Positions 59,136-64,000 of a stretch of 64,000 bases of DNA are shown in pieces (the first letter of the stretch is position 1; each line of letters starts with the position of its first letter). Source of the stretch: Camelus dromedarius (taxonomy: Eukaryota); the NCBI RefSeq assembly GCF_036321535.1, contig NC_087437.1, positions 122,514,001 through 122,578,000 on the forward strand, read 5' to 3'. Position numbers and translations under genes: made by a program. Below the pieces are notes generated by a model. The model saw only the letters and a program-made list of their open reading frames with translations. It did no database searches and was not told the DNA's origin.

Positions 59136-59199
59136 TGGCTGGAGGCCACACACACTTCTGTGATGGATGGAATAAACAGGCGGAGCATCCACAGAGAAG

Positions 59200-60681
59200 T
59201 GGAGAACGAGGACAGGAGTTAGGACTTCAGGCTTCCTCCCAGGAATACCTTGTTCTCTCAGGGTCAGAATTTTGGAAAGATGTTCTATCAGGCCAGCTTT
59301 CTGTACAGTTCTAGAGTCTCAGAAGAGCTCCATCCTGGCCTTTTAAGAACTAAGAAAAGTGCTTGCAGGCATGGGCTTTGTTCCAGTTGGACATGAAACC
59401 AGAAGGAGTTCCAGTGAGTGTCTGTGCGTCCAGGAGCTGCTCGGCCTTTGAGGCACGGTTTCCTGGTTTCCCGTTATTAACTTGGTATTCTAATTTGGCT
59501 ATGATCTGAACAACTTCCTGCGGGCAGGGTGATGGATCAGATGTGCGCTGTCTGAGTTGCTGCCCTTGGGTCCGTTCCACTCTCTCATGTGTCTTGGTTT
59601 CTCCCTCCGACAGCCTAAAACCACCGTGGATGCTCAGGGCACTAGGTGATCAGCCTAACCCTGCCCCACAGGGAGCATCACTTACCTAATGGTTCTAGTG
59701 GGATCCACTGTAGTGCCGCTTCCCTTCTGGAGGACTGATCCTCAGACACTTCTGCTAGGTTCTCAGTCACCTGACAATGCCTTGTGGGCGGAAGGAGATG
59801 TTCCTTTTTCTTTGGACCTGACCAGGCTCAGTCTCTCATTTCATGAGCAATTTATTCAGGCCATATGTACGTAATCTTTCCAATTTAATCCAATATTTTA
59901 AAAAGACAGCCAACCCAAGTCACTCCAAAGTTGCCCCTAGGTCCCTGCCCAGGAAATGTACCAGTATCCCCTTAGGACTCCAAGTCCCAAGAAATACAGT
60001 TCGAGTAAACTTCAGGACGTCAGTTAAAGCAGTGATGTCTGGATATCAGGAGAATGCACCAAAGCACCTGAGGAGTACTGAGAGGTGGGTGGGGCTCATA
60101 GAGCCCGTGCTGGTACCAAACACTGGTTTGGGACAGACTCCAGGTGTCCTCTGGTGGGTGTCTCTGATACCCTGCTGACTAAGCCAAGAAAGTGTTGATG
60201 AAATTCAACTAACTATCAAGTTAACAAGGAAAAAGGGAATATTATTTGAGCCAGACTGAGGGTTATAACTCAGGAGACAGATTCTCAGAAAGCTTTCAGA
60301 ACTCTTCTGCCTGTTAGAAGTCGAAGGCGTAGTCATATTATACAATTTTGACACAAAGGATCATACGTCAAAATGACACACTATTTTACACAAAGTTCAC
60401 CAGGATACATGGTGCAGGTGAGCATGTGCAAAGCGAGCAGCAGGTCACCACAACCCCCTGCAGAGCAGGGAAAGAGCCCTATTCTTTTAAGAAGTTACAA
60501 TGCTAGCCTCAGAACAAAGGAAAAAATGATCTTTGTGGTGGAGCAGGGGCCCCCACTGAGGAGCTCTGGCCAACGTGTGACACAGATGCACACGAGAGAG
60601 GGAGGGAAGGGCCCAAACAGACACAGAATTTTAAGTTTAACTTTTCTTGTCCTGCCCTAAAATATAAATTTTATTTCATCA
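59200..60681 (-). mobile_element. Truncated ERV1-class provirus: LTR 60193-60681, tRNA-Ser PBS, leader remnant (left limit uncertain)
   Basis: TG...CA ends with short inverted termini (tgatgaaa/tttcatca); PBS 6 nt downstream; MER4/MER41-group-like text. Confidence 0.7.
60169..60186 (-). promoter_or_regulatory. Retroviral primer-binding site, tRNA-Ser
   Basis: + strand accctgctgactaagcca vs tRNA-Ser 3' end ATCCTGCCGACTACGCCA, 15/18 identical. Confidence 0.75.
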
Positions 60682-60683
60682 CC

Positions 60684-61320
60684 TGTTACTAACCAAACTT
60701 GGGTCTGCTCACCTGCTGTGCAGCAAAGTCGATGTACTGACCCCCGGTTGTGGTGAAGGAAAGCACAGCATTTACTTGCAGGCACCCAGCAAGGAGAATG
60801 GGCAGCTCGTGCTCAAAAGACCCGAACTCCTTGATAGCTTCCAGGGAGGGATTTTTAAAGGCAAATTTAGGGTGAGAGCTACAGGGTGCATGACTTTCTT
60901 CTGATTGGTTGGTGTTGAGGTAACAGGGTGACGTTTCAGGAATCAATCTCAAACTTTCGGTTCTAGTCAGTCTGGGGTCTGCATGCTGGTGTCAGTATGT
61001 AGTCACCATCCTTTGCTGGCAGGGGTGGGGGGGTCCTTAGTTTCTGCAGAACAACTGGAAGATACGTGACAGACTGTTATGTGTCTCACTTGAGAAGGAA
61101 CTGAGCCCTGTGAGCCTGCTTCATGCCTGCACTATCGTTCTTTGACTGCTTTTCACGTGTGTCTGCGTTCCCTCACTTCTCTAATTAGCAACTGCTCGTG
61201 CCTGCCCCGTGCAACTCAGGGAAAGCCTAGGAGACCAAAGTCCTTTCCTTCAAACAAGAAACAGAGGGCACAGAGGGGCTTTTGTACCCACAAGAGCCAT
61301 GCAGGATTTTTATCTCCACC
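60684..61320 (-). mobile_element. Second ERV1-like solo LTR
   Basis: Starts tgttactaaccaaacttgggtc; ctgattggttgg (CCAAT on -) and ttttaaa; resembles recalled laurasiatherian LTRs. Confidence 0.65.
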
Positions 61321-61332
61321 ATTGCCCAGTGC

Positions 61333-61440
61333 CCAGGACCAGCTCCATAATTTAAATGACCCAGTGCAGGACGAAATGCCATGCTCCTCCCCAAAAAGTT
61401 TCCAAGAATTTCAAGACAGCAGCAGCAACAGAGGGCAGCC
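61333..61440. mobile_element. MER45-like hAT-Tip100 fragment
   Basis: cataattt...cccagtgca...aagaatttcaagacagc. Confidence 0.55.
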
Positions 61441-62346
61441 CCTAGCCTGGTCCACAGACTGGGAGTCCTGTGGGAAGCTGCCTTGAACCCCAGTCCACTT
61501 GCTCTAACAACCCCCACTGGGCCCACCTCTCTCTCAACCCCTGCAGCCACAGCTCTCAGGGAACCCAGGCTGCTCCCACCTCTGCTTCCCACCTTGGGCT
61601 TTGCACGAGAGGGTCTCTGGAAGCCCTTAGGGTGTGGAGCTCAGGTCTGAGTCTCACCTGTCCAAGCCCACCGCACTCCCTGCTGGCCTCTTCCAGGGCC
61701 TGCTCCCCCAGAGACCTGCCCCCTCCATCCTGCCCAGTGTCGGCTCCTCCTTCCCTCTGAGGCTGTTGGGGGGCCTGCAAGCCTTGGGGAGGGGCCAGGG
61801 TGGGCCAGCAAGGGTTGTGACAGGGAAACAACCGCTAACCTCCTCTCCCCAAACGTCTGGGTGGTCAGGCCTGTGGGACAACACCCACCAGCGCAGAACT
61901 GACCCTCCCAACGCCCACAGCGACTGGCCCAGGCCGGGCCCAGGAGCAACGCCAAGCTGGAATCAAGCCCAGTCAGTCCACGAGCACAGGCTTCCACCAC
62001 GCCCACCCCCAGCCACTTCCAGCCTCTGACGCAGTCCTGCCTGTGGGCAGGCATGTGACTGTCAGAGCCAATCATAGTTCCCCTCCCTGGCGATTGGTCT
62101 AGAAAAGGTCACATGAGGCCCACCAGGCCACAAGTTCCTGGCAGGAGGCGGTGGGCACTAATGACAGGGAAGGTTATCCTGCGGGGCTCCGACCCACCCC
62201 AGCAGGACCCCCCCCCCCCACCGCCACGGTCCCCACCTGAGCCTCCTGCCTCGTGCATCCCTGGCTAGGGGACACAGCATCAGCAACTCCGATAAAGCCA
62301 GGCCACGTAAACTTGACTCATTCCCCAGTTTTGCAGGAATTTAGCT

Positions 62347-62352
62347 TTTATT
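62347..62352 (-). terminator. Candidate distal S100B poly(A) signal
   Basis: TTTATT on + (AATAAA on -). Confidence 0.5.
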
Positions 62353-62544
62353 TCACGGTTAATGACCATGGAGACTTACTAAACTGCTTTTCAGTCAAAG
62401 CAAATACAAGCAATCTGTTGGTTTATGAGTTTCCAAGTCTATGTCCTTAAAAAAAAGCAAAACAAAAAGGGTGGATGACAAGATTAATTTGACTTTCCCT
62501 GAAAGTGATTTTTTTAGTATTTGTAACTTGACTATTTGAAACAA

Positions 62545-62550
62545 TTTATT
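62545..62550 (-). terminator. Candidate proximal S100B poly(A) signal
   Basis: TTTATT on + (AATAAA on -), ~900 nt after the stop; U/GU-rich tract downstream at ~62449-62468. Confidence 0.6.
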
Positions 62551-63452
62551 TGAATTGGTGGATACGAAAGCGTAACGCTCGTAAAGTTCACCGACTTTAC
62601 CAACAGTCACAAGCAGACCCTGTCTGCACACAGACAGGTCAGGAATGACCTTCACCAACAGTCCAGCCACTTACATCGTAACCAGTCATTCTGCAGACAG
62701 GGCAGAACACTCCTGTCCGCCCAGGCAGAGCCGAGTCCCGCCATGGGCTCCGGCCAAGCTCCCTCTGCCACACGTCCCGCAGAGCCAACAAGTGTGATCC
62801 TGTCAGGAGAACCCCACTGAAGTTTGACTCTCAGTTCCGATTACAGCTACAATGCCAGTACTTGCTCCTTTATGGGACATACTTTCCATTAGGACTTAGC
62901 ATTAACTACAGACTCAGTGATCACAGCTCACTGCAAGAAAGGGGACTGAATGTGACCATGCTCTTTGGGTGGGTGGGACAGACTGTCAGGCCCAATCACA
63001 TTAGGTTTCATTTGCTCCAATGATGAACAGGCTTAATGAAGGGCAGCCTTTTCAAAGGATGGTAGACCAAGATTTGTATTTTTAAATGTAGTGGAAGCTT
63101 AGCCCGTAGTCATTTTTGACAGGTAGTCTGTTTTTTCTGAGTTAGGAGTCTACACAGCCAGGATAGCAGTGCTTTGTGACTGAGAATTGACTTTCCTAAA
63201 TGTTGATTACCACGAGTCCCTGGGACCAGTCGGCTAACATGTACGCCTAACAGCACAGGACTAATGATGGGGGCCGTTAAAAACAGCCCTCGGAAAGAGG
63301 TTTCAATTCTTCATTCACAAAGCAAGTCAAGCTTCCTAATTAGCAACAATGCAGCTGGAAAGCTCAGCTCCTACTGTCCTGCAAGCCCTGCTCTCTGCTT
63401 CCTGCGTGGCCTCTGTCTCTGCTACAGGGACAGCCTGTCTGCTTTCTCCCGT

Positions 63453-63593
63453 TCACTCGTGTTCAAAGAACTCGTGGCAGGCAGTGGTAACCATGGCAAC
63501 AAAAGCCATAAATTCCTGGAAGTCACATTCTCCATCTCCATCGTTGTCCAGTGTTTCCATGACTTTGTCCACAACCTCCTGCTCTTTGATTTC
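63453..63593 (-). CDS. S100B: S100 calcium-binding protein B, last coding exon (C-terminal EF-hand); upstream exons lie beyond the window
   Basis: Reverse translation EIKEQEVVDKVMETLDNDGDGECDFQEFMAFVAMVTTACHEFFEHE*; pyrimidine tract and tag acceptor at 63594-63596. Confidence 0.98.
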   Translation of the reverse strand, partial: EIKEQEVVDKVMETLDNDGDGECDFQEFMAFVAMVTTACHEFFEHE

Positions 63594-64000
63594 CTAAGAG
63601 AGAGAAGAGAAGTCACCCAGCATGTTTCTAAATGAAGTTTAGGGCCATCGAAGCATGATTAAAATTTGGCCAGCTTTAGTAATTTGTATCAGAAACAACC
63701 TAAGACATAAAATGCAAAATGCCAGGTGAGATTTCTCCTGGGATCAGGAGGCTGCTGGCTGGCAGAAGTCTCTGGCAGTCCGAGCCTTCTCTGCCACCTT
63801 CTTTATGTCCAGTGGGGCCTGGGCTGCTTAAAAAAGGCTGAATGGAACAGCCAAGATCTGAAAACCTGAGGTTGTTTGTGTTAAAACAGAAACACCCAGA
63901 AAAGAAGAATAGGGCCTAAATTGGCCCGAACATATTATACGCAATGTCTTTAAAGCAAGAATGACCTTTGTCCGCACCCCCACCAAGTTTTTCATTGTTT

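Noticed and set aside
59350..59580. 76-aa minus-strand ORF as gag or a novel gene
   Set aside because: It lies in the decayed ERV leader, has no recognisable Gag motif and lacks an ATG start.
63264..63635. ORFs 63264-63635 (+), 63349-63597 (+) and 63422-63616 (-)
   Set aside because: Antisense or off-frame shadows of the S100B exon.
1..64000. Hundreds of 60-280 aa ORFs in the six-frame track as independent genes or an operon-like system
   Set aside because: This is intron-containing mammalian DNA. The ORFs are low-complexity products of GC-rich sequence, antisense shadows of DIP2A exons, or L1 remnants.
1..64000. CRISPR arrays, rRNA or prokaryotic defence/mobile systems
   Set aside because: No regularly spaced repeat-spacer array or prokaryotic gene organisation was seen.

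Overview
Mammalian (probably camelid) genomic DNA from a GC-rich region matching the DIP2A-S100B arrangement of human 21q22.3. The + strand carries the 3' 33 coding exons of DIP2A (about exons 6-38 by recalled human numbering). They splice in frame from 1246 to the TGA ending at 53574, encode about 1355 aa covering both adenylate-forming/FAAL-like domains, and are followed by a 3' UTR with AATAAA at 55199. The - strand carries the last exon of S100B (63453-63593) and its 3' UTR, tail-to-tail with DIP2A. Introns and the intergenic gap hold old L1/HAL1 fragments, DNA-transposon fossils, a tRNA-derived SINE with a 12-bp TSD, and two adjacent LTRs, one followed by a tRNA-Ser PBS. I found no new multi-gene system, and almost all ORF-track entries are spurious. 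The best leads are at RNA level: a 30-nt in-frame microexon behind an 83-nt adenine-free tract, an obligatory GC-AG intron, several alternative acceptors, a ~150-bp intronic inverted repeat, two stop-free in-frame introns, and an ERV leader pointing antisense at the DIP2A 3' end. Repeat family names and comparisons with human are from memory, not database searches.
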